This document shows, piece by piece, positions 40,201 through 51,126 of a DNA stretch of 64,000 nt. The position numbers and the translations under genes were made by a program. Origin of the DNA: Macrostomum lignano (Eukaryota); NCBI GenBank assembly GCA_002269645.1, contig NIVC01004011.1:756-64755 (forward strand), in the 5' to 3' direction. A model generated the notes under the pieces. It ran no database searches and was not told the DNA's origin. It saw nothing but the letters and a program-made list of their open reading frames with translations. Position 1 is the stretch's first letter, and every line of letters begins with the position of its first letter.

Positions 40201-40480
40201 AATTCACGAAGAAGTGGTAAGGAAAGGGAAATATAAAAGGGATAGGTTTGCACAGAGGAGTCTTGCCTCTAAAATATTGGGAGTCTTGCCCAAAACGCAC
40301 AACGGGAATAAAACTAGGGAATTAATGTAACACAAATAACCTTTTGTACGCATTCTCTTTATTATTAAATATTTCCAACTGATAACTATAATCTTTGGTG
40401 TCCTGACTCACTTCTTTAATCTAAGGTACTAGAATTAGGGAAAGCAGGAAACCTGGTGGCAGCGAACTACCAAACATTTA
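37250..40480 (+). mobile_element. Highly decayed Gypsy-like LTR retrotransposon remnants
   Basis: tRNA(Leu)-type PBS motifs TGGTGTCAG at 39652-39660 (after ..ATAACA) and TGGTGGCAGCG at 40454-40464. Stop-ridden gag-like purine-rich stretches; CpG nearly absent. Boundaries approximate. Confidence 0.4.
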
Positions 40481-42682
40481 AACAGTACCGCAGATAATAA
40501 TCCTTAGCAAATAATCCTTAGCAAATAAAACCAGTAGCCTAAACCGCGAGGTACACGCCCATTCCAATAGAATATACTAAATCAATATTTAAATGAAAGA
40601 TAATTTTGTCAAGAATATTTTTATAGAGTTTCATGTAGATATCATCATTAGTATAGATGCTATTAAACCTTGAATGGCACTTATGGTTGTAACAACAGGA
40701 TTTTTGACATATAGAAACTAAAAGGTAAAGTCTTATAACATTTTTTATTTTTGATATTTTGCAATACATTTTTTAAAATTTGACTAACAACATCTTCAGT
40801 AATCATACTCTTTTTGTAGAATATATAAACTCAAAAGGCAACAAAGATACAAAAGAAAAGGCAGCCTTATGGTCGTAACATTATGGTCGTAACATATTTT
40901 TTTCTGTCAATTCAGTAACTTTGAGGTACCAATATATTAAAAATATAATAGATTATTTGGTCACCAATACTTTTATCTGATGATGCAAGTACTATACTTT
41001 TATCTATAGTTTGTTTCAACCTTCCAAAGCTTTCTATTTGTTTTTAAAAGGTACACAAACTTAATGATGTCTTTTGCTTAGAAAAATGTCCAAATTTTTA
41101 CAAAAATGACTTTTTGCCACTTGATAACATACTAATCCAACATTTTATCATTTAATTATTCTTAGATTGTAGATATTACACATAAAAAAAATTGGTAAAA
41201 AAAATTGGCTGATAAGGCAATGGCAAGCAAAAATATTGACTTTTTTTCTATTTTCCAAAAATGTTCATCTTATATGGAATGAGCCATTAGTTAGCAGCAT
41301 CTTGTTGCTTAGGCACTGAAGCTAGGCATACTACAGGGTAATTTGTACTAACGATAGCCCATATATGTTTTAATAATGAATTATTAGTACCTAGATACTA
41401 GAGATATAGATAGTAGGACATACATAATAGCTATATTGCGGAAGGTTTTCTATGTACGCTGGACACACTTTTATTGAATTTTCAATTATACGCCAACAGA
41501 TTTTAAATGTACGCCAACTTAAAAATGGTAAAAAAATCAACAAATATTTAAACTTAAATTTAAACTATAAAAAATTTATAACAACATGACAATTGTCATG
41601 ACAATTCTGTTAATTAAAATGATTGGTAAATGAGAAAATAGTAGCAGAAAAAAAGGTTTTTGAAATAACTTAACACAGAAAAAGCACGAAAAAATTCTTT
41701 ATATTAATTTCTATGCCAGTTGCCATACACCACACTCTATACCACACTATACATAGCCAAGAAATGTATGCTGGTATACGCCACGGAAATCAAGTGTATG
41801 TTGGAATTTTCTGGCATACACCCCACCATCTGCAAAATGGCATAATAGTAAAGGAAGACCACTTAAATGTCTAAATATTGAAAGTTAGATAAGGAAGCAA
41901 AAGGTCTACTGCAAATTGATAACATCGGTAGGCCTAGGATATTTTAAGGTAGGGCCATTAGACCTACTACAATATTTATATAAATATAATAATGCATAGA
42001 CCACATAGTTGATTTCTAATATAATATAAATGCATACAATATGTGAGGATAAAAGCATCTAAGGCCAAGCGGGCAATTTCCTAGGCCTAGTTTTGTACAT
42101 TTACGTGGCATAGTTGTGCTAAAGTGACGTGGCATATTATGTAGTCTATGGCTTATGTAGTTTATAGCAGTGTTGGGTACTTCCATTACCAATTAACTTG
42201 TAAATGGTAATGCAAGTTACTTTTTCGTAAAGCGTTCCTTACGAAAGTTACTTTCCTATTTTGGTAACAGAGTAACAGTAAGTTACTCAAATTTCGGAAG
42301 TCCGTTACAGTTACTTTGCAACAATCGCAATATTTAAATTTAAAACTGATATGCTTAGCTATTACGCCAGTTGTCAAATTTTTAGCATTTTTCATTCCTA
42401 AATTCAAAACTAAGTGAATAATATCATATGGTATTACGCTGTAATTAATAAAGAAATACTTGAAACATGTTTTTACTTTGTTATTTTCGGTAAAATATTT
42501 TTGCTATTTGTTTTTAAGTTAATAAAAATATTTTGTTTAGTTTTTAGAAACAAACAACCAAAGAAAGAAATTCATCTGTAGTCTCCACAAATCCATTCAG
42601 TGATCGACATAGCGAAGAATTTTAATTGGAGGGGGGGCGGGTTGGCCTGGCTGGCCATGCCTCATGCCATTGCTACTTTTAG

Positions 42683-42843
42683 CACCGCAGGCACTCATTT
42701 TAGCGCCGCAGGCACTCATTTTAGTGCCGCAGGCACTCATTTAGCACCGCAGGCACTCATTTTAGTGCCGCAGGCACTCATTTTAGTGCCACAGGCACTC
42801 ATTTTAGCACCGCAGGCACTCATTTAAGCGCCGCAGGCACTCA
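42683..42843. repeat. Minisatellite, 21 bp (CGCAGGCACTCATTTTAGCAC), inside the hAT element
   Basis: Direct inspection. Confidence 0.9.
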
Positions 42844-43139
42844 ATCGCCTCATGGTTTTTGGTACCCGCCACGCCCAACCCTACCCCCCCCCCTTTGGTG
42901 GGGTGTCTTGCAGGTGGGGTGAAGTTGCTGCCCCAACGATTGTTAAGGCGGCCTCCCTGGCTATACCACTAAAGTCCACTGGCACTGCACTGCACTGCAC
43001 AATAATTTAATATTAATGATAATAATTGAAAATAAATAAAGACTAGTAAAGCAGACTATAGAGTGGAGTAAAGCCAATGTATTATCAAGGACAACTGAAG
43101 TTACGTTAAGTTGTCCTTGTGTATTATAACTTATAATGT

Positions 43140-43800
43140 TATTAAAAATTAAATTGCGTTTTGCCTTTAACGTTTCTGACCTTCAGCTTCTCTTCTTTTT
43201 ACGGAAAGGGCCTAAAGTGATAAAAATTTAATATAGTTACTGAAATTAATGTTGTTGTATTCTTTCTTCTGGCTTTCGCAATCATTTGTATTGTGGTAGG
43301 GCTATTTCCTCTGTCTAGAAATCCCAGCCGCTGACACCAAGTTGTTCCAGGGGTAACTTCTGTCCCTACAAATGATTTCACCGCTGTTACCAAGTTGTGA
43401 CAGGCCTTCAAAATCCCTGCTATCGAATTTATACTGCTGATACTAAATTCTGCCTTTAGTATTTCTAACTCTTTCTTAGAATCTCATGTACTTTCTGGGT
43501 AGCGTTTTTAGTAGCGTTTCTGGTAGCATTCTTATGTATTATTCTGGTAGCGTCTTATGCATTAGTCTGGTAGCGTTCTTAGTATATGGCCTGAGCGGTC
43601 TTACTGGTATATGTACTTTCTCTCTCCAGTCTGGGCGTTACCGAGATTAGAGGGTCACAGCGATTACTCTTAGTACTCTCTCTGCATGAATTCCCAATTC
43701 TGACTTTCAATACCTTTTAAAATGAGCAAAGATCTGAGAATGTTTATCGAACACGTTTTGAGCTTATAGCTAACGAACGAGTTAATTTTCCTACCTCCAA
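43140..43800 (-). mobile_element. Gypsy LTR end + primer-binding site remnant nested in the hAT element
   Basis: Minus strand ..GGAACAAC-TTGGTGTCAGCGGCTGGGAT (PBS at 43321-43339). Boundaries approximate. Confidence 0.5.
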
Positions 43801-45437
43801 CTTCGCTCCTATTTATACCATCTCGACTGTGTATATTTATAACAAACGTAGAATATTAAGAATATTTTGCAAATTAAAACAAAACATAGTTTTCGCGTGA
43901 TTTTAGAAATAAGGTTTCCTAGAAGATAGTAACCGCTTCTACAGTATTGTTCCAGCACATTTGCAATGTTAAAAAAGCAGAAAATTTTGTTTATAACATA
44001 GGTAATGGAAGTAAGTAATGGAAGTAACTTAAAAGTTACCGGGTTTTTGTTCAAAGTTACTAGGCTAACTTAAGTTACTTTTTAAAAAGTGGTAACTTAA
44101 GTTACAGTAACGCAAGTTACTTTTTTTGAGTAACTTGCCCAACACTGGTTTATAGTCTATGGAATAAAGGTCTGAGGGTAATAAGAGCAAAGGCAAGGGT
44201 GAAAGGAAGGAATTAGCTGCAAATATTGAAGCTACGAATATTGAAACTCAAAACATAGCTGGTAGACCCTACTACAACACAAGGCCTACTATAGCATTTA
44301 ATACCCTTTAATACCATTTAAGAAACAAACTATTGACATTATAAACTTTTATTGATGTTTAACCATAAAAGTTCTTAACTTGTTCTGTTGCCCATTTGTT
44401 TCTATGCCATGTAAATGCACAATTTCAAACAGAAAATAATTAAACCTGCAAAACTAGGAAATTGCCGGCCAAGGGCAACTAGGAAAGTGTCTATAGGTGG
44501 TCTAGGTCTATCACATAGGTCCTTTCCCTTGCTTCGTTCAGTTGTAATTTATTTCAATACAAGTCTACATTTCCTAAGATAAGAAATATAGTCCAGAGTC
44601 CTAGTTAGGATAGGCTAGGTGCACAGTAAGAGAACAGACCTAGATAAAGGCCCTAATACCTGTTAGCTGTTTGTGTTCAGGCCGCAAATATCTATTAAAA
44701 GCTAAAAAGATTCTAGAAATTAGAATGATAATTGCCTACATGTAGATTCGTAAGACTAAGACACAATTCGCTTTATTCTTGGAAACTGGTGGGTGCAGTT
44801 GTAGTGAGCTGTATTCCTTGTACATGGCAGTAAGTAGTAGTAGTAATAGTAAGTAAGTTTGGCTCAGGCAAAAAGCCCGTTTGGCCAATATAAGTCGATG
44901 ATTGTTTAAAAGGCTGGATACCTTTGTTGATGACACGATCGATCAAAACTTTACATGCAAATTTCAAATTTTCAGTAATAATAAGACAGTCATAGTTACT
45001 CTTGCCATTTACCTAAAGTTGCGTTAATTTTACTTTAGAGTTTTTTACATGTAAGTCTCATTTTTGGCTAAAAACTATATCACATTTTTGTTGAAACTAG
45101 GTCGCATGGCTGACTGAATTTTGGAAGCTGCACATGTATGAAGGCATTGATGTACATAACTTTGCCCAAATGGTTTTTATTGACATTAAACTGCCATTAT
45201 AATTTATATAACACGAATTCGTCTGCTAGCCAATAAGATTAGAGGAAGAAAAGGAGGGAAAGGGTGATGGAAACCTGCTTTAATCTTCTTTTAATGAATG
45301 ATTTTCTCGCTGTATATAGTATAGGCTATATGTGTAGTGTAACAGTGTTATATAGTACATAAATATTCAGAATATGTAATACAATATGGTAACTGCACGA
45401 CTCGTGACTCGATCTCCTGATCTACAGTTAAAAATGG

Positions 45438-45813
45438 GTCTCCCTAAAACACGCCCCACACCGCCCTGCAGCGCTACACATTAAAACAAATTGGACTATA
45501 ACTGAAGACAGCTCAAAATGCGTTTTCTGTTAAGCTTCAAAGTTTTTATTAAATTTAGTTTTTACTATGAAATATAAAATTCGGTGAATAATGAATGATA
45601 TTAATAATAATTATTAATAAAAACATAATTATTATAATTTAATAATGCAAACAAGAATATAAAAAATAATAATTATAATTATAATTATAATTAAAGATAT
45701 TTATTTCATTACTCTTACAACGAATAGTTTTCTTTGCAATCAAATACTGCATTGACAAAAAATGTTATAATGTGTAGCGGTTCAGGGTGGTGCGATGCGT
45801 TTTTTAGGGAGAC
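45438..45813. mobile_element. Old MITE with ~46-bp diverged terminal inverted repeats
   Basis: GTCTCCCTAAAA..CGCTACACATTA (45438-45483) versus its inverse (45768-45813), around an AT-rich core. Confidence 0.6.
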
Positions 45814-46166
45814 ATGTTAAAAACGAGTACTTATTGTATTTCCTAAATTGCTAAAAATATGGTGTACCTAAAAATTAGGTACTGAGCTATTTCTGAAGTA
45901 CATGATTAGTTCGCGTATTTTTTACATTAGACTTTTTTATTTCAACGCACTGAGAATATTACGTTTTAATTTGTTATACAGCTGGATGACTCTTAATTTT
46001 AACATATTTAACAAGAGCCTGGTAAAATGTGCGGATTTTGAACGCTTTGAGCTCTAATCCCCACTATTTTTGCCAAAAAACCTAATTTTGAAGTCATACT
46101 CGAACAAAAACTTTTTGATGGTTTGAATAGAGGTTTAAAAATGGAGTAATTCAAGTGAAAATAAGA

Positions 46167-46395
46167 GTGTGAGAGGGTGAGTCAGAGAGTGGTGAGAGGG
46201 TGAGTGAGAGAGTGGCGAGAGGGTGAGAGGGTGAGTGGTGTGAGGGTGAGAGGGTGAGTAAGAGAGTGGCGAGAGGATGAGTGAGAGAGTGGCGAGAGGG
46301 TGAGAGGGTGAGTGGTGAGAGGGTGAGTAAGAGAGTGGCGAGAGGGTGAATGAGAGAGTGGCGAGAGGGTGAGTCAGAGAGTGGTGAGAGGGAGA
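46167..46395. repeat. GA-rich minisatellite (GAGAGGGTGAGTGAGAGAGTGGC-like)
   Basis: Direct inspection. Confidence 0.85.
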
Positions 46396-47370
46396 GTTCA
46401 TAAGATTAAGAATGTCTCCAAATTTGCAGGTTTAATTTATTGCCCAAGCTATCTATCGCAAGAAAAATCTGTTAGTGCGTAGCATGGGCTCCAAGATTAT
46501 ACATGTAGTAACATTAATAAAGTTGTCCAAGTGTGTAGCAATTAGCTGGCAATATAGAGAACAAATCATGTGTTGTGCATTGATAGCGGGGGGGGTGCAT
46601 TGTGTTGCTAAGCCGCTGCTATATGCATGGTTAGTCGAGACCAGTCGAGGAATTTACTAAGCCTTGAAGTTCTAGCAATGCTGTATGACGCAATTTGGTA
46701 TGTGCAAAGATGCATGGGACTAAACTTGCAGAATAAGAACGAATCAATTATATAATAGAATAGAATAATAGAATAGAATTCTTATAGAATGAGTACCAAC
46801 CACCAATTCCAATCCATTTGTAAACAATCAATTGCTTCACTTATAAATTTCACTCACCAGTTTTAGCACGTCAGTAACACTAACACAAAACCTTATTGTT
46901 CTCCACGTTGTGTTAGTTTGTTTTGTTTAACTGTTTCGTATTTAGCTTTTATACGAGCTATAGAAGAGAACAAAATGACATCACGAACTTATTATGCACC
47001 ACACATGTTATTTACGAGCATGCTGTAATTGCAATATATTTAACCTAAATCGTAATTACGTGAAAGACAAAGCCTTCCACTGCAATATGTATATCAAATG
47101 CCTTAACCTATAGGCTAGGTGATAATAAATCATACACGATGCAAATACATACACATACAGTACGCACGCCTGCTTTCATTACTTTTATAATTAGTTCAAG
47201 ATAAAAAATGGGAATCCCAAAAAAGTTATAATGGGATAGAAGCTGATAAAAGCTAAAGTGAATAAGTGAATCGATGAAATAGGTGAATGAATAAATGAAT
47301 GAATGTGTGTAAGCTAGGGACTGGTTAGAGAACCGAGATGTTCGCAAAGTGTTCAGCAAATTCAGGAAAA

Positions 47371-47850
47371 TCACGCAGTAGACAATTTGGTGAACTTGGC
47401 TATGAGCTGGGTGCAAATAATCAGAAGGCGCAGGACGTCAGCTTCTTCGCGAGCGCTGCTCTCGAACTCACGCCAGGCAGATTGAAGCTTCTCCTCTCGT
47501 CGCCTGTAAACTGGCCTCACTCGCCGTGCGACACCGACTGAAGCTTGCAGCTGTTGAGCTTGCAGGACTGCCAATGTCGATTGCTGCGCCAGAAGGTCTG
47601 CCAAAGCGTACAAATTCAGGTTGCCTTTCCTGGCTCGTCGATTGAGGGCCAGGTGCCAGCCCTCGACTGAATTGTTTGTGCGCTCCCTCTGCCTGTAGAC
47701 AGATAGTTTGTCCAGACTCCAGATACTGCTTGACAGCCATGTCTGCTCCACGTAGCGACACAGCCGCACTAATGCCTCGGAGTTTGCTGAATCCACCAGA
47801 GTTCCGAATGCAGTATAGATATGCGGCGCTGGCAGGTAGATGAGAGCCAC
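47371..47850 (-). pseudogene. MULE (Mutator-like) transposase C-terminal fragment, 5'-truncated
   Basis: YVEQTWL..W..SVY..RTNNSVEGWHLALN motif. No upstream part; the break coincides with CCCAGTGAAAA plus CCACGTGG repeats, possibly the end of another element. Confidence 0.75.
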
Positions 47851-48783
47851 CCAGTGAAAAATGATTTATGGATTCCACGTGGGTTCCACGTGGCCATGTG
47901 GAATTTAAATGTTTCTTTAATTTTTGCAAATTAATGACTTAAAGATGACATAATGGTATGCAAAGTATTTTTTATGCATTATTTTTTTATTTTTACTGTC
48001 CTAATGTTGATGTGGATTTTACAAGGAATTCAAGAGAAATAAGCGTATATTGATTCAACATGGAATCCACTTCGATAAAAAACTGTGATACACCACATTC
48101 AGACGTTTTTATGAAATTACTATAATAAATTATTATATTTATATGCTTTTAAGTAAAAATTAATATCTGAAAGCTAAATTATAATCGGACAATAAGACAC
48201 TGTTTGTTAAAATAGACAAAATAGAAGTAAACAATAAAAAACGTTTCGTGCTTTTTAAAATGAAATTAATTTTATTTTATATTTGTCAATGTCTTGGTTC
48301 AAGGCCTTGAAACATAAATTGCCTTGTTTATGGCTATTTAAGCACCTTAAAAATTTTAGTAGACCTAGCCTATAGGCAATAACTTATAAGGCCATGGCCT
48401 CCATGGGATTAGAAATTAGATAAATCAGTATTTTATCATAGATAGGCCTAATACTTTTGGTAAAATCCATGACCATGATAAATTTATTTAGGCCTATCCA
48501 ATTTCTAGGAATCCCATGGCCATGTCCATAGATTGGCTACTCATTTTTTAACTTAAATAGGCCTTTAGAAGTTCATAATTTCCTCTTAGTCCTACCTATC
48601 TATTTATATGTATGCTTATTAGGCCTATTTTAAGCTAGGCCTATAACTATCAATTTAGCCTAAAATTTAGGTCCTTCTATTTTAATTAAGGTTAGGACTA
48701 GCTTGACTTTGTGAATTGTGACTAGTCAATCTAGTTAGTCTGTTAAAAATCTATTAATTTATGATTTTCTTCAAAAAAGCCTG

Positions 48784-49054
48784 AGTAGTATAGAAAAAGA
48801 CGCTTCTAGACCCAGAGCACTTTTTTAATGACCGTTTTAAGGGTCTAGAGGGGGGACACGGGGGGTAAATAAAAAAACACATCTAAACACCCTTAACACA
48901 TCTAAACACCCATAATCACCCACAACCCCCCTTAATACCAAAAAAGCAATATAACCCACCCCCAACACCCCCCTCGCGTCCCCCCTCTTAAGACCTTACA
49001 AACGGCCATTAAAATAAGGTCTGATCTGTAAGCGTCTTTTTCTATACTACTACT
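48784..49054. repeat. Polinton terminus forming an internal long inverted repeat
   Basis: Perfect 22-bp IR AGTAGTATAGAAAAAGACGCTT (48784-48805) / AAGCGTCTTTTTCTATACTACT (49030-49051), extended inward by an imperfect arm of ~60 bp. Confidence 0.85.
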
Positions 49055-49108
49055 CTATAACCCCTTGCCCGCGCCGCAGGCGCGAAGGGTCTTTTTCTGT
49101 TACTAAAA

Positions 49109-49423
49109 ATGACCCGAGTTTACACCTTTTCTGTTAGTGATACTTTTGAGACTGTTGCTAAAAATGCAGAGATAATAAAACAACATATTTTGAATGGAAT
49201 AATTGATGAAGTTTATTTAAAATATGACGACAAGCACGACCTAAAACTTTATCCATTAGAGCTAGATGAGATGTATGATTTAGAACAAGAGGGTGAGTTA
49301 ATATTTCAACTTGGAGATTATTTAAATTCGGATGATTGGGAGGTTAGATCAACAGATTCCGAATCAACAAATAGTTCATATGAAACCAGTGATTCAGAGA
49401 ATGAAAGTGAAATATTTATGTGA
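49109..49423 (+). CDS. Polinton hypothetical acidic protein, 104 aa
   Basis: Intact ORF with the element-typical TAAAAATG start. Confidence 0.6.
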   Translation: MTRVYTFSVSDTFETVAKNAEIIKQHILNGIIDEVYLKYDDKHDLKLYPLELDEMYDLEQEGELIFQLGDYLNSDDWEVRSTDSESTNSSYETSDSENESEIFM

Positions 49424-49439
49424 AAAAAATATTTAAAAA

Positions 49440-49664
49440 ATGAACTATTATTCTATAACAGAAACGACATTTATTGTGAAAAATATATATAAAAAAATGA
49501 AGGTAAACTATTCCTACATCGGAAATGTTCCAATTAATGAACTTAATGAAAATTTAAGTTTGATAACAGTTGAACAAATGTCAATAATAATATTAGTAAC
49601 AATTATAGTAATAATATTGTTTTTGTTTGTAATAAAAAATTTACTACCATGTTGTCTTAAGTAA
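49440..49664 (+). CDS. Polinton small protein with C-terminal transmembrane helix
   Basis: IIILVTIIVIILFLFVI hydrophobic stretch; TAAAAAATG start. Confidence 0.55.
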   Translation: MNYYSITETTFIVKNIYKKMKVNYSYIGNVPINELNENLSLITVEQMSIIILVTIIVIILFLFVIKNLLPCCLK

Positions 49665-49674
49665 CTGTTTGAAC

Positions 49675-50823
49675 TTAGTTCGCAGACATTATCTGGTTCT
49701 CATAAAAAGAACCCAATATTTCTTCACCATCCTTATCAGCAATTATATAGGTTGTAGGATTTGTATTTAAAACTTTACTGATGGTAAATTTCTCACTTAT
49801 TTTCCAATATCCTTTTCTTCCCTTTTCAAACTTATCTTTCCATTTATAGATATAAACAGAATCACCAACCTTAAAACCTTTAGTTTTCTTTTTTTCAAAA
49901 TCTCCAAAAGTAACCCTAACATTTTCAGGATTGTTATAAGCTTGTTGAGGAGTCATCTTTATCGCCGAATGATATGAATTGTTATAATCTTTCACTACGT
50001 CTGGTAATATTTTTACCCACTTTTGGTTACCATTAAGACTAAACTGAAACCATAATTTCTTACCTAAAGTTCGATTAAATCTTTCTATTAATGCGTTTTT
50101 ACTCTCTCCATAAATAGAATAAATTTTATTAATATACTCCCCATTCGCGTCTTTTTTCCTTTCTTTTCCTTTTTCAAAATGATACAATTTATACATGTGA
50201 GGATTGTAAAATTCTTTTCCTTCGTCAACACACAACCTTTCACTTTTTTCTCCAAGACTTCTAAAAGCAGCAGCAACCTCCTCTCCCTTTTTGGATTTTA
50301 AAGGAACAGCCCACGCGTATCGAGTAAAACCATCTAATATGGTTAAGATATATTTATATCCTCTTTCGTTCGGCATCGACATTAAATCAGCATACCAAAT
50401 TTCATTCTTTTTGAAGTTCATGATTTTTCTATAAAATTTAGGTTTTCGATATTCTTTATGAAGAATCTTTGCCTCATCAGAACTTAACCCGCCGCCACTT
50501 AACAACAAACACTCAACACAATTATTTCCATGTTGATTATAATTAATTCCCAAACCAAATTTAACTTTAGACTGCAAGATCTTTTTAACCATCCACCTAG
50601 TTAATTTTTGACCTACCGATAATCCCTGCAAGTTATCTAATCCTTGAATCATTTTTTGATCGGCTTCATGTTTTAATCTTAATGCTTCCTCGGGCGGGTT
50701 CTTGTCAGCATCTCTATATGCTAAGTCGTGATAGTATGCTAACCAATCAATCCCATTTATTGGAATTGAATCAGATTTTGGAGTATTGTCAGGATTTAAT
50801 CTCAAATCTAAGCGAGTGCCGGG
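49675..50823 (-). CDS. int: Exon 2 of PLA2-like domain + retroviral-type (rve) integrase fusion; spliced product 435 aa
   Basis: PGTRLDLRLNPD..IDWLAYYHDLAY..ADQKM (parvoviral-type PLA2 HD motif), then the DDE integrase WYADL, VDEGKEF, IERFNRTL. Confidence 0.9.
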   Translation of the reverse strand, partial: PGTRLDLRLNPDNTPKSDSIPINGIDWLAYYHDLAYRDADKNPPEEALRLKHEADQKMIQGLDNLQGLSVGQKLTRWMVKKILQSKVKFGLGINYNQHGNNCVECLLLSGGGLSSDEAKILHKEYRKPKFYRKIMNFKKNEIWYADLMSMPNERGYKYILTILDGFTRYAWAVPLKSKKGEEVAAAFRSLGEKSERLCVDEGKEFYNPHMYKLYHFEKGKERKKDANGEYINKIYSIYGESKNALIERFNRTLGKKLWFQFSLNGNQKWVKILPDVVKDYNNSYHSAIKMTPQQAYNNPENVRVTFGDFEKKKTKGFKVGDSVYIYKWKDKFEKGRKGYWKISEKFTISKVLNTNPTTYIIADKDGEEILGSFYENQIMSAN

Positions 50824-51126
50824 TAGTTTACCCTCAATCTTTCGAAAGAGGCTGGAGCACACCTTAAGCGGCGATAATTACCGCCCATCTCCGTCTGCTC
50901 TCTGAACCTTCTCCTTATATTTAAAATACTTAGGAGCTTGGCTGCGCATTGCCACCATGTCTTCAAGCTTGTTACCTTTGGGAAGAGGAGTTACCTCTGT
51001 TCCTTCAAAAGATTTCTCAATTGAAGTGGTACTTGAAGCTGTATGACGGGTTTCACGCAATTTGGAGACATCGCCACTAATAGTGACTAGCAGTAGCTTT
51101 GCTTCTACCACTCAGGCCACGGGATA
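50824..51126 (-). ncRNA. Group I self-splicing intron (IC1-like), 303 nt, no internal ORF
   Basis: P1 CAGGU/GCCUG with U.G at the 5' splice site; P3 UGUCUCC/GGAGAUG; P4 UGCG/CGCA within AAAUUGCG and GCAGCCAAG; P5abc with A-rich bulge and GAAA loop; P6a CUCCU/AGGAG; P7 G(A)GAGCA/UGCUCC; P8 and P9 hairpins. Removal restores MNFTG|PGTRL. Confidence 0.92.

Larger units (their letters stand above)
42168..44147. mobile_element. Non-autonomous hAT-type DNA transposon with 8-bp TSD
   Basis: TIR CAGTGTTGGG..CCCAACACTG. TSD GTTTATAG at 42160-42167 and 44148-44155. Subterminal GTAAC/GTTAC repeats at both ends. Confidence 0.88.

Noticed and set aside
43199-43411. ORF with SFVGTEVTP resembling SFEGTEVTP in the intron region, raising the idea of a second intron copy
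   Set aside because: No P3/P4/P7 elements are present; the sequence is an LTR end plus tRNA primer-binding site. Coincidental similarity.
44773-44967. Second Penelope GIY-YIG remnant (STYIGQT)
   Set aside because: Only the YIG half-motif is visible and the flanks do not continue the domain.
48784-49054. Stand-alone mini-Polinton (MITE) insertion
   Set aside because: No 6-bp TSD around the unit and viral genes follow directly; treated as part of the terminus.
50878-51111. 77-aa ORF MVEAKLL.. on the minus strand
   Set aside because: Lies wholly within the group I intron core, has no AAAATG start, and is better explained as structured RNA.
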